From: an uncultured Bacteroidales bacterium
Lineage (GTDB): Bacteria; Bacteroidota; Bacteroidia; Bacteroidales; UBA932
Direction: 5' to 3'
NCBI GenBank assembly: GCA_946415795.1
Contig: CAMKTW010000001.1
Location: 1 to 39,377, forward strand
Length of the DNA: 39,377 bases
The translations under genes were made by a program, and so were the position numbers. Of the stretch, positions 26,594 to 36,000 are shown piece after piece (positions within the stretch are counted from its first letter, which is position 1; each line of letters starts with the position of its first letter). The notes below the pieces were generated by a model. That model saw only the letters and a list, made by a program, of their open reading frames with translations, was not told the DNA's origin and ran no database searches.

Positions 26594-29500
26594 TCGGCCA
26601 GAGACTTGATGCTGTTGTTAATCCAGTCGTATTCTTCCTGATAGCCGCTTGCGCGGAACAGGTTTGCCAGGTAGGTGACATACTGCATCTCACGATCCAG
26701 GGTTTCCTCGTCCAGTATGTCGCCGTGGAACGGCTGGCTGGAATATACCATAGATTTGAGCGCCTCTTCCATATATGCACGGGAGAGGGCCTGGGCCTTC
26801 TCAAAGCGCCCCAGGGTAAGATAGTGGTCGATGGAGGTTAGAACCTCGTATTCGTTAGACCCCCGGATTATCGCAATATCGTAAGGGATATTCTTAGCCG
26901 GGGTCACTTCATAGCAGCGGTCCAGCACCGCCTCCGCCTCTTCAAAGCGGAATTCGCTGATAAGCTTGGCGGCCACCTGGTTAAAGATGCCGCGCACCGG
27001 CGTCACACTGCTGAAGGCGTAGAGATTGAAGTAATCAAAGTTGATGGTGGTGTCCTTCAGGCTGTCAAAGCGGTAATCCTCCATCACCATACGGTACATC
27101 TTGTCAAGGTCCATCTGTTTTGCCTCGGAACCCTGAGGGCACTCTATCGGGACAATCTTGTATGCATAACCGTCAAACTGAAGGTATTTGCCAATCTCAA
27201 AGGTGCAGTCACCGTTCTGGCTCACAAAGTAAATGGGCCGGTCCCACTTGTAGTTGTTCAGTATGTCAAGCAGTATCAGGTCGGTCTTGGTAATCACGCT
27301 GCTGTCGTCCGGAATCTTAAGCTCCAGTGCGTCCAGCATCTTGTCGGCGTCTTTTCCCAGTACGATGCCGGCTTCAAGCGCTTTCTCCTTGTCCACAGGC
27401 ACAATTATGGTGCGGCTGGCCACCACACCGCTGCTGCCGCTGCGGTACTTGGGGTTGGTGAACACCGTCATCACCTCCTCTACGGTGGCGGGACGGCCGA
27501 AGGCGTCGATCACCTGCACAAAATCGTTGGTGCCGTAGAGATAATCCCTGCGCGGCAGCGAAATCGGGAGCGGGGCCGACTTGTTGCTGCGGCATTTCAT
27601 CTGGTCTATATACCAGTCCATCCCGAGCAGCGATGTGTTCATTATGCGGACATCGGTGCGGATACCCTCTACCTCCTGTGCATACCACAGGGGGAAGGTG
27701 TCATTGTCGCCGTGGGTAATCAGGATACCGTTCTCTTCGCAGCTGTTCAAATAGTTGTATGCCTCCTCTATCGAGGTGTAGCGGCCACTTCGGTCGTGGT
27801 CGTCCCAGTTCTGGCAACCCATCAGGACCGCCACCGCAATGGCCAGGACGCTTGCCGCAGAGGCTGTTGCCACAGAGGTGCCGGCAGCAACCTTCTCGCC
27901 GTTCTCGCGGGCGATACCCTTGCCCGTCAGGTTGTCTAACCAGTCTTTAATGGCCATCACCGCCAGTCCTATCCAGATTGCGAACACATAGAAAGAGCCC
28001 GCGTATGCGTAGTCGCGCTCACGCGGCTGGTAGGGGGTCTGGTTGAGGTAAATGATTATGGCGATGCCTGTCAGGAAAAACAACAGGAAGGTGATCCAGC
28101 CGTTGCGACCGTCGTGTTTGAGCTGGAAGAACAGCCCTATCAGACCCAGTATCAACGGGAGGAAATAGTAGTGGTTCTTGGCCTTGTTGTGCGCTATGTA
28201 GTCGGGGGCGAGGCTCTGGTCGCCCAGGCGTATCTCGTCCAGGAACTTTATGCCGCTCTCCCAGTTGCCGCAGGAGGGGTCTCCCGGCACCTGGCCCTGA
28301 AGGTCGTTCTGACGCCCCACAAAGTTCCAGAAGAAGTAGCGGAAATACATATAACTCAGCTGATAGTCAAAGAAGTAGCGCAGATTGTCGCGCATCCTGG
28401 GCATCTGGGTCTTCTTCAGGCTGCCGTCGGCCATACGGACTGTCTTTGTCTTGAAATCGCCCATAGTGTAGGCGTCGTAGAATTGCTCGTGAGTGCGGGA
28501 CTGCGTGCTCCACATACGGGGGAAGAGCATCTTTGCCCCCATAGGGTAATCGGGCTCCAGCGGCTTGGCTGTCTTGAAGTATTTATCGTCAAGTTTGGTC
28601 CAGTAGGTACCGTCCTTGATGTCATATACAGATTTGTAGCTCTCTCCAAACACCACCGGCTTGCTGCCGTACTGCTCCCGGTTTATATAACGCACCAGCG
28701 TGTAGGGGTTGTCCGGAGAGTATTCGTTTGTGGGCGGATTTGCGTTGGCGCGGATTACCACCACGGCAAATACAGAATAGCCTATAAGGATGGCGGTGAA
28801 GGCCAGCGTCAGGGTGTGGGCTACCGCCTTTTCGCGGCGCCGGAAATAACGCAGCAAGGCAAAGCAGGCGGCAAACATCAGCAGGGCCAGTATAGACGCC
28901 CCCAGGTTGAATGGTGCGCCCAGGCTGTTTACAAAGAAGCGGTCAAAGCTGGCGATGACCCTTGGCACCCACGGGATGATGATAAAGAGTATGAGCGCCA
29001 GCACCAGAGCAGAAATGGCCAACATCAGCACCCCTCTCCAGAAGGTCATCTTCTCTCCCTCGTGACTCTTGTAATAGTATATGAACACTATTACCGGTAT
29101 TACGAGCAGGCTGAGCAGATGGATGCCGATGGAGAGTCCCAGCAACAGCGCAATGAACACCAGCCAGCGGTCGTTATACGGCTCCCCGTAGTGCTCTTCC
29201 CACTTCAGGATAGCCCAGAACACTATAGCTGTCACAAGACTGGACATCGCATACACCTCGCCCTCAACCGCAGAGAACCAGAAGGTATCGGAGAAACAGT
29301 AGGCCAGCGCCCCGGCAGCTCCCGCCCCCAGCACGGCTATCGCCGCCCCGTTGGTGAGCGCCTTTCCCCGCCGCTCCAGCAACCTCCTGCCAAAATGGAC
29401 GATGGTCAAAAACAGGAAGAAGATGGTGAAGGCAGAGCACACGGCACTGCAGCAGTTCACCGCCGCAGCCGCGTGTTCCGGCCCGGTAAACATCGTGAAG

Positions 29501-29694
29501 AAACGGGCAATCAGCTGGAACATAGGGTTTCCCGGGGGATGACCCACCTCCAGTTTGTATGAAGACGCTATGAATTCGCCGCAGTCCCAGAAACTGGCGG
29601 TAGGCTCAATGGTGGAAAGATATACGCAAGAAGAGAGGACAAGTATTACTATTGCCAGTATGTTCTTGATTCTCTCAAATAATTTTTTCTCCAT
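26590..29694 (-). CDS. DUF2723-family polytopic membrane protein (glycosyltransferase-C-like) with C-terminal TPR-like region
   Basis: Real start MEKKLFERIKN at 29694. FWDCGEFIASSYKLEVGHPPGNP is the DUF2723 hallmark. About 1034 aa. The upstream part of ORF 26590..30081 is antisense to yciH and is spurious. Confidence 0.85.
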   Translation of the reverse strand: MEKKLFERIKNILAIVILVLSSCVYLSTIEPTASFWDCGEFIASSYKLEVGHPPGNPMFQLIARFFTMFTGPEHAAAAVNCCSAVCSAFTIFFLFLTIVHFGRRLLERRGKALTNGAAIAVLGAGAAGALAYCFSDTFWFSAVEGEVYAMSSLVTAIVFWAILKWEEHYGEPYNDRWLVFIALLLGLSIGIHLLSLLVIPVIVFIYYYKSHEGEKMTFWRGVLMLAISALVLALILFIIIPWVPRVIASFDRFFVNSLGAPFNLGASILALLMFAACFALLRYFRRREKAVAHTLTLAFTAILIGYSVFAVVVIRANANPPTNEYSPDNPYTLVRYINREQYGSKPVVFGESYKSVYDIKDGTYWTKLDDKYFKTAKPLEPDYPMGAKMLFPRMWSTQSRTHEQFYDAYTMGDFKTKTVRMADGSLKKTQMPRMRDNLRYFFDYQLSYMYFRYFFWNFVGRQNDLQGQVPGDPSCGNWESGIKFLDEIRLGDQSLAPDYIAHNKAKNHYYFLPLILGLIGLFFQLKHDGRNGWITFLLFFLTGIAIIIYLNQTPYQPRERDYAYAGSFYVFAIWIGLAVMAIKDWLDNLTGKGIARENGEKVAAGTSVATASAASVLAIAVAVLMGCQNWDDHDRSGRYTSIEEAYNYLNSCEENGILITHGDNDTFPLWYAQEVEGIRTDVRIMNTSLLGMDWYIDQMKCRSNKSAPLPISLPRRDYLYGTNDFVQVIDAFGRPATVEEVMTVFTNPKYRSGSSGVVASRTIIVPVDKEKALEAGIVLGKDADKMLDALELKIPDDSSVITKTDLILLDILNNYKWDRPIYFVSQNGDCTFEIGKYLQFDGYAYKIVPIECPQGSEAKQMDLDKMYRMVMEDYRFDSLKDTTINFDYFNLYAFSSVTPVRGIFNQVAAKLISEFRFEEAEAVLDRCYEVTPAKNIPYDIAIIRGSNEYEVLTSIDHYLTLGRFEKAQALSRAYMEEALKSMVYSSQPFHGDILDEETLDREMQYVTYLANLFRASGYQEEYDWINNSIKSLAD

Positions 29695-29753
29695 AAAAAC
29701 TTTGCAAAGTCCGTCTATATTACGACAAATGTACGAATTAGTTTTTTTATAAC

Positions 29754-29761
29754 TAAATTTG
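29754..29761 (+). promoter_or_regulatory. -7 box TAAATTTG upstream of yciH
   Basis: TAnnTTTG match 21 nt upstream of the ATG at 29783. Confidence 0.4.
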
Positions 29762-29782
29762 CAGCCGTAAATCGCTTCCGCT

Positions 29783-30130
29783 ATGTCCAACGACTGGAAA
29801 AACCGCCTGGGTGTCGTGTACTCCACAGACCCCAACTTCAAATATGTCACACAGGACGACATTGACCAGGAGCCGGAGACCCTCCCGGCTGAGCGCCAGA
29901 AGCTGGTGGTGGCCATTGACCGCCGGAACCGCGGCGGGAAGCAGGTTACTGTGGTGAACGGATTCGTGGGGCGGGAAGACGACCTTGCCTCCCTGGCAAA
30001 GACCCTTAAGACTAAATGCGGCGTAGGCGGGAGCGCCAAGGACGGCCAGATAATTATCCAGGGCGATATGCGCGACCGCATCGTAGATATCCTGTTATCG
30101 ATGGGCTACAAGGCAAAACGCGGCAACTGA
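29783..30130 (+). CDS. yciH: SUI1/YciH-family translation initiation factor
   Basis: 115 aa. Contains RRNRGGKQVTVV.GF, LAK.LK.KCGVGGS and I.IQGD.R..I...L. Confidence 0.9.
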   Translation: MSNDWKNRLGVVYSTDPNFKYVTQDDIDQEPETLPAERQKLVVAIDRRNRGGKQVTVVNGFVGREDDLASLAKTLKTKCGVGGSAKDGQIIIQGDMRDRIVDILLSMGYKAKRGN

Positions 30131-30131
30131 T

Positions 30132-30833
30132 ATGTTCTCTTTTCTGCAGGCGATAGGGCAGGACTGCTGGCAGTCCAGTGAGTTGATGACGGTTGTGGGG
30201 GAAAACTTCCCCTCGGCGGTTATCGAAAGTCACCCTGCGCTGACCACCTATGCGCTATTGCTCTGCCTGCTCTATTTTATGGTTTTTGTGGAGAACTCGT
30301 TCATCTCAATCCTGATATCGTGGCGTTCACTGTTCAACCGGATTGCGCTGGAAGATACGCTGGCCAACAAAAACCTGATTTACGCCATCAACAACACCGC
30401 CCTGCTTTGTGTACCCACGGTCTCCCTGGTGCTCTATTTCCTGAACATATCGCCGCTCAATTTTGTATTTATCCTGGCGGCGATGGCTGTCTTCGTGCTG
30501 GCGCATCTGGGGCTTTTCCTGCTGACAGGATGGCTTAAATACTGCCCGGATATGATGCGCACGGTCTCCATCTGCGGCCGGATGCACCTTATCGTGTTCA
30601 CTACCGTGTCGCTGTTGCTGCTCATCGTGGTGCGGCTGGCGGGCATCACATCGTCTGTTTTCCCAACTGTTTTCCTTGCAGCGGTCTTTGGTCTGCTGTT
30701 CATTTTACGCGCCAACCGCAGCCTGAGGATTTTTAGAGAAAATAATTATTCATTATTATTTTGGTTTTTGTACCTTTGCACGCTCGAAATACTGCCCCTG
30801 GGGCTTTTAATTTGCGCACTCATCCGCATATGA
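30132..30833 (+). CDS. DUF4271-family membrane protein
   Basis: 233 aa with 5-6 hydrophobic helices. Its ATGA overlap with the downstream HemD-like gene is the conserved Bacteroidetes arrangement. Confidence 0.75.
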   Translation: MFSFLQAIGQDCWQSSELMTVVGENFPSAVIESHPALTTYALLLCLLYFMVFVENSFISILISWRSLFNRIALEDTLANKNLIYAINNTALLCVPTVSLVLYFLNISPLNFVFILAAMAVFVLAHLGLFLLTGWLKYCPDMMRTVSICGRMHLIVFTTVSLLLLIVVRLAGITSSVFPTVFLAAVFGLLFILRANRSLRIFRENNYSLLFWFLYLCTLEILPLGLLICALIRI

Positions 30834-31579
30834 TAGATTTAAGAGGAAAGAAAATTCTGATTGCCCAGCCCGCACCCAAGAACAGTTCGCCTTACACAGA
30901 GCTTGAAACCAGGTATATGCTCTCGTTTGACTTCTGTCCTTTTTTTACGGTAAAGCCGGTCTCTACCCGCGATTTCCGTGCACAGCGCGTAAATATACTG
31001 GACCACACTGCCATCGTGTTCACGTCGCGCAGCGTGATAGACGCCTTCTTCCAAATCTGCGAGCAGATGCGCGTAACCGTCCCGGAGGATATGAAGTATT
31101 TCTGCCAGAACCAGCAGATTGCCCTCTACCTGCAGAAGTATATTGTATATCGCAAGCGCAAAATCTTCTTTGGTGACGGCAAGCCGCTGTCTGTTGTGGA
31201 TGCCATCGGCAATAAGCATAAAAACGAAAAATTCCTCATAGCCTGCACCGACAGCCTGCGTGCCGATCTGGCGAAGGCCTTTGACAAGGCAGGCTTCAAA
31301 TATGGAAGCGCGGTGTTTATGAACACCGTTGTGAGCGACATAAAGCATCTTGACATGGCAAGCTACAGCGCACTGGTGTTTTACAGCCCGTGCGACGTAC
31401 GCTCGCTGCTGGAAAACTACCCCGATTTCAAACAGAACGGCCTGGTGCTGGCAACCTTTGGCGTAAATACCGCAAAGGCGGCAGAAGAGGCCGGCCTCAA
31501 GATTGAAATCACTGCCCCCACACCGGAGGCGCCGTCTATTGCACAGGCACTTAATCTCTACTGCAGCAAGCTTTCATAG
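30830..31579 (+). CDS. hemD: uroporphyrinogen-III synthase (HemD-like)
   Basis: Start MIDLRGKKILIAQP at 30830 (internal ATG of ORF 30761..31579). LDHTAIVFTSRSVIDAFF...MKYFC....IALYLQKYIVYRKRKIFFG matches the Bacteroidetes HemD-like family. Confidence 0.8.
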   Translation: MIDLRGKKILIAQPAPKNSSPYTELETRYMLSFDFCPFFTVKPVSTRDFRAQRVNILDHTAIVFTSRSVIDAFFQICEQMRVTVPEDMKYFCQNQQIALYLQKYIVYRKRKIFFGDGKPLSVVDAIGNKHKNEKFLIACTDSLRADLAKAFDKAGFKYGSAVFMNTVVSDIKHLDMASYSALVFYSPCDVRSLLENYPDFKQNGLVLATFGVNTAKAAEEAGLKIEITAPTPEAPSIAQALNLYCSKLS

Positions 31580-31629
31580 CGGCTGCACCTTTTACCATTT
31601 CCCGCAAGCAACCCGCAATACCGCAGCCC

Positions 31630-31983
31630 ATGACTTTTGCCTTTCCAAAAAAGCAACATCTGGCACAGCGGGAGGCCATCTCAGCCCTCGCCTCACACGG
31701 CAAGGTGCTGTTCAAATATCCGATAAAGGCCTTCTGCCTGAAAACGGATAGTGTTGGCTATCAACGTTACGTGTTTACAGTACCAAAGAAACTGTTCAAA
31801 CGGGCGGTAAAACGAAACCTGCTAAAACGTCGTATGCGTGAAGCCGTACGGCTCAATCAGGAGACCGTTCTGGACGGCTTCTGCGCCGATTTCCTGCTGG
31901 TGTATATCGGCCGGGATATTTGCCCTTACTCCGCAATTGAGGCCGCTGTGAAGGAGATTCTCGCTAAAAGTAAAACGCTATGA
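31630..31983 (+). CDS. rnpA: ribonuclease P protein component
   Basis: 117 aa. Basic RNR-type motif [16 protein letters not shown]. Confidence 0.88.
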   Translation: MTFAFPKKQHLAQREAISALASHGKVLFKYPIKAFCLKTDSVGYQRYVFTVPKKLFKRAVKRNLLKRRMREAVRLNQETVLDGFCADFLLVYIGRDICPYSAIEAAVKEILAKSKTL

Positions 31984-32222
31984 CACCGTTCCACCAAGCG
32001 GTGCGGCGCATCACATCCTGGCCGGCACTGATGCTAATCAAATTCTACAAGGCATTCCTGTCGCCCTATATGGGGCGCTCCTGCCGCTTCCAGCCCACCT
32101 GCAGCACTTACACCTACGAAGCCATCCAGAAGTACGGCATCCTCAAAGGGGGCTGGCTGGGCCTCAAGCGCATCCTCCGCTGCCACCCCTGGGGCGGAAG
32201 CGGATACGACCCCGTGCCTTAA
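31980..32222 (+). CDS. yidD: membrane protein insertion efficiency factor YidD
   Basis: 80 aa. Contains [33 protein letters not shown] overlap with rnpA. Confidence 0.93.
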   Translation: MTPFHQAVRRITSWPALMLIKFYKAFLSPYMGRSCRFQPTCSTYTYEAIQKYGILKGGWLGLKRILRCHPWGGSGYDPVP

Positions 32223-32231
32223 ACTTTTATT

Positions 32232-32492
32232 CCGGGCAGAACTAGCCGAGGCCTGAATGGGGGCGCGAGCGGCGCTAGCGGAAGACGCCGGTGCGACAGT
32301 ATGAGGCGCTTTTGCCAGGATTGCCTGGCGGAAGCGACGAATCCGTCGCAGCCTGAGCGCACAAAAACGCCGGCCATGCGAGGTATGCTTGAAGCGCGAA
32401 GCGCAAGGTTCCCGAGCATAGGCGTTTTTGAAGCGGAAGGCAGGCGGCTGTAGTGACAGCGAGCGCCTCATTCAGGCAAAGGCCCTGCCCGG
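32232..32492. repeat. GC-rich non-coding element with nested terminal inverted repeats and several internal hairpins
   Basis: Outer IR CCGGGCAG (32232-39) / CTGCCCGG (32485-92). Inner IR GCCTGAATG (32251-59) / CATTCAGGC (32469-77). Hairpins at 32314-29 and 32334-49 (6-bp stems, 4-nt loops) and AAAAACGCC...GGCGTTTTT (32363-32429). Only junk ORFs cover it. Confidence 0.55.
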
Positions 32493-32522
32493 CGCAATGA
32501 TTATCTCTTTTGAGCTCAGGTA

Positions 32523-32918
32523 CTACTTAATCGCTTCAATCTCCTCCTCCGACAATTGTGTAGCAGCCATTATGGTTTCCATACTGGCTCCTATCGCTCT
32601 GAGATTCCTAACCGTGCTACGTTTCTCCTCGGCTATCCCTTCAGTTCTCCCCTTGGTATAACCTTCACGGTGGAAATACTCGCCGATGACCTTCTTGTCG
32701 TATTCGGTAATCATAGATGTCACGTATTTGCGTAGTTCCTTCTCTTCCAGCTCTCCGGTCTGCGCTATCGAGAACACATCCTCGAAGCCCGCCTGGTCTG
32801 CCGGTCTCTTTGCAAATTTATTCAAATTTTTGAAAAGGTAACACCATCTCTCTACGTCCGTCTCCAGCGTCTCCCAGGCTCTGCGTAACCGCGGCAGCTC
32901 CAGGAAGAAAAACTGCAA
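32523..32918 (-). pseudogene. 5'-truncated Rpn-family / PD-(D/E)XK-nuclease 'transposase' remnant (C-terminal half only)
   Basis: FFFLELP....ETDVERWCYLFKN...............LEEKELRKY... and a helical C-terminus match the non-catalytic half of the Rpn/TIGR01784-type family. The track start is TTG. The nuclease domain is absent, and the frame runs straight into the neighbouring terminator. Confidence 0.6.
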
Positions 32919-32930
32919 AGTTGCCGGGCA

Positions 32931-32970
32931 GATATAAAAAGAGTGCTTCCCAAACTCCGGGAAGCACTCT
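32931..32970 (-). terminator. rho-independent terminator of the 1088-aa lipoprotein gene
   Basis: 11-bp stem GAGTGCTTCCC/GGGAAGCACTC (32941-51 / 32959-69) with a 7-nt loop, followed on the minus strand by TTTTT. Confidence 0.75.
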
Positions 32971-33001
32971 AATTATAGGGGCTTAGATTATTTACAAGCC
33001 G

Positions 33002-36000
33002 TTAGTCTTTGACGGGACGGACTGAGTACCCGTAGGCGCGCACGGCGCTGCCCGCGCTGGGACCAACTGAATCAAAGCCCACGCCCATCGCTTTATACGG
33101 GTCGAACGTATCGAGAGTCGAAGACCAATATGCGCCAAGTGAGCCGACACTGTCGCGGTTGGTAGCATACCGGTATCCTGCAGCGGGCAGGAATATGCTT
33201 TTGCCATTGGGCCCAGTAACTTGATATCCGTTTTTACCGTATAGTGCAGTCCACGTCCATGTGCATTCATTCTGGAGTTCTGTCCACTCTGCTTCAGTGG
33301 GCATTCTCCAGCTGCCTCCCCAGTTTGCATAGGCTGCATCGTCCGCTAAGTCAAGGACGGTCTTGTTATCAATGGTACCGTAAGCACCTCGTGTATTGTA
33401 TTTGGTCAATGTATAAGAGCTACCGTTACACCATTTGTACGATGCCCAGTCATATCCGGTAATCGCAGGATTCGTGCGGGAGCGCCAGTCACTGCAAGGG
33501 TTATCCTGAGAATGGCCGCTCATGTAATACGGATCCGTCTCACCCCAGGCGAAATAGTCGCCGTATTCATCGGCTGCAAATGCACCAACATTGCAGTTTG
33601 CCCACTTTATGCCGGAGGTAAGGCCCAGATCGACCGCCTCGTGTTCTTTCACTACCGCCTGATATGATGCCGAATAGTCTCCGTCGCATGTTGTACCGAC
33701 AATGGTGGCTGTGCCGGCAGAAAGTGCCATGACTTTACCCTCCCAGGTAATCGATGCGACTGACGTATTATATGATTTCCATACGATATGCTTGTGGGTT
33801 GCATTGGATGGAGAAACGGTTGCATTCATCGAATATGTTTGGCCAACGGTCAACGACACAGCCCCAAGTGGCAGCGATATCCCGGTTACGGGTACCCACT
33901 CACTATCGTCCTTAACGGGACGAACGGCAAGTCCGAGGTAGCGGTGGTAGTAGCCGTCATATGACATATCACTTGCAGAGACATTCAGGCCCATAGCGCC
34001 AGTAGGGGTGTACTTATCGAGGGAAGAAGACCAGTAGTCGCAGGTGGTGCCGACCCTGTAGGAGTTCGAATTTCTCCGGTAACCGGCGGCGGGGAGGAAT
34101 ATGCTGTTGCCATTAGGGCCGGTAAGCAAATCTCCTGTCACTCCGTTCCGGGTTGTCCAAGTCGATGTGCAATTATCTATCAATTCTTGCCACTCATCGA
34201 TTGTAGGCATACGCCATCCGTCACCCCAAGAGGCCCTTGCAGCATCGTCTTCGTAACCATAACATATGAAATCCGTTCTGTGGTCCACCGTACCATATCC
34301 TTTGGTATTGTATCTGGTAAGCACACTTCCGTTACCGTTGTCGCACCACTGATACGATGCCCAGCTATAATCGCTGTCGGGTTCGGTCTCACCCCATGCA
34401 TAATAATCTCCGTACTCCTCCGGTGCGGTGGCGCCGAGGTTGAATGGTGCCCACTTCCGGCCCGAAGGCAGGCCCAGGTCAACGGCCGTCAGGGCTGCAT
34501 TGACAGTCACTGTGCATGTCGCTGTAAATCCGCCGTCAATTGTCGTTACCGTGATGGTGGCGGTGCCGGCAGCCACAGCTGTCACCGTACCGTTTGCATC
34601 GACGCTCGCAACGTCCGTATCGCTGGAGGACCAGCTCACTGCCGGCCGCGATGCACTCGAGGGCGCAACGGTCGCCGTTAAAGTTGCCGTTTCTCCCTCA
34701 GTAAGGGATATGTTGCCCGGATCAAGCGTTACGCCGGTCACGCGGATCACATCTTCATCCGAGACGGGACGGACAGGGAAACCGTAGTATCTGGGTGCAT
34801 TGGCAAAACGGATAGTTGCCGAATAGAAATCGGCGTACCTCGCATTGGAAGTGGTTTCTGGGTTTACGGTTGATGACCAGTAGCCTCCGGTGGAACCCGC
34901 ATGGTAGAAGTATGTGCCTTGTCTGTCACCCGCAGCCGGGAAGAAGATGCTGTTATTGTTGAGCCTGCTTGTCGCCAACTGTCCGTTCACCCCGTTCCGT
35001 GTGGTCCATGTCCAGTTGCAATTTGCCATCAGCTCAGCCCAATCCTCCTGCGTGGGCATACGCCAGTCTCCGCCCCAATTGGCACTTGCGGCATCGTCTT
35101 CTAAGTCCAATTCCATCTTGTCATCGTCGATAAAATACTTGGTCAGGCTCGACTCCGACCCTTCACACCACTTGTAAGTTGACCAGACGTATCCTTCACT
35201 CTTGCCGTCTTTCCAATTACTGCAAGGATTGTCTTGAGCATGACCCTCGGTATAATAAGGCTCTGTCTCGCCCCACGCATAGTAATCACCGTACTCCTCA
35301 GGTGCGCCCGCGCCGAGGTTGAAGGTTGCCCACTTAACGCCAGAAGGCAAGCCCATGTCAACGGCCTCGGGAACCGGCGGAACATAAGGCGCGGTGCCGA
35401 CATAAGTCACCGCAGGCATCGAGAGGATGTTAGACCTGGTGATGGTCTGGCTCCTGGTGGTCTTTATCTCCATCGAGGCGCCCTGCGAGTCACAAACCAC
35501 CACTGTGAAGCCACCCTCCATTGTCATCGGAGGCAGCGCTATGATGAATGCCGTCGCCTCAGTCTCGCTCAGCTGCACATACTCCTGGCAAATCAGCGTC
35601 GCCCTCGTACCATCGGCATCTGTCATCTCTACAGAAGGTGCATTGTCGGCAGACGCCGTAACCTCTGCCGAACCGCAGAGTAGCTCGCCGTTGTTGCCCG
35701 TGATGCTTACGGATGTGATCTCCGCCGTTCCTTTCAGCCGCAACTTCAACCCTCCGAGCACATTCTTGAACTTGAGGTTGTAATCACTCGCAGAACTTGT
35801 AACGGCCACCATTGGGAACGCCCCGTTGCCGAAGCTCGCCTGCGCGAAATACTGCGTATAGGGGAAAACTATGTCGCTGATGACATAAGAGCTCCCGTTT
35901 TGTACGATTCCTGCCGTTGCCTCATACGGATAGAACGCCACGTTGTTGCTAATCGCTTCTGAGGGAACGGATTCAGGATTCTCAACTCTGAACAGCGCCG

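Noticed and set aside
29695-30081. The N-terminal extension of ORF 26590..30081, which is antisense to yciH.
   Set aside because: The DUF2723 hallmark and first transmembrane helix begin right after the ATG at 29694. The extension overlaps the clearly real SUI1/YciH gene and its promoter.
32034-32471. ORFs 32034..32471 and 32219..32419 on the minus strand, and 32428..32661 on the plus strand.
   Set aside because: They cover the GC-rich inverted-repeat element or run antisense to yidD or the Rpn remnant. Their translations are Arg/Ala-rich junk without starts in a sensible context.
33005-35366. Periodic repeats inside the 1088-aa gene, considered as a possible CRISPR or tandem DNA repeat array.
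   Set aside because: The repeat unit is about 600-850 nt and only about 50-70% identical. It lies in frame and corresponds to protein domain duplications (lectin and Big_2 modules). There are no short identical repeats with unique spacers.
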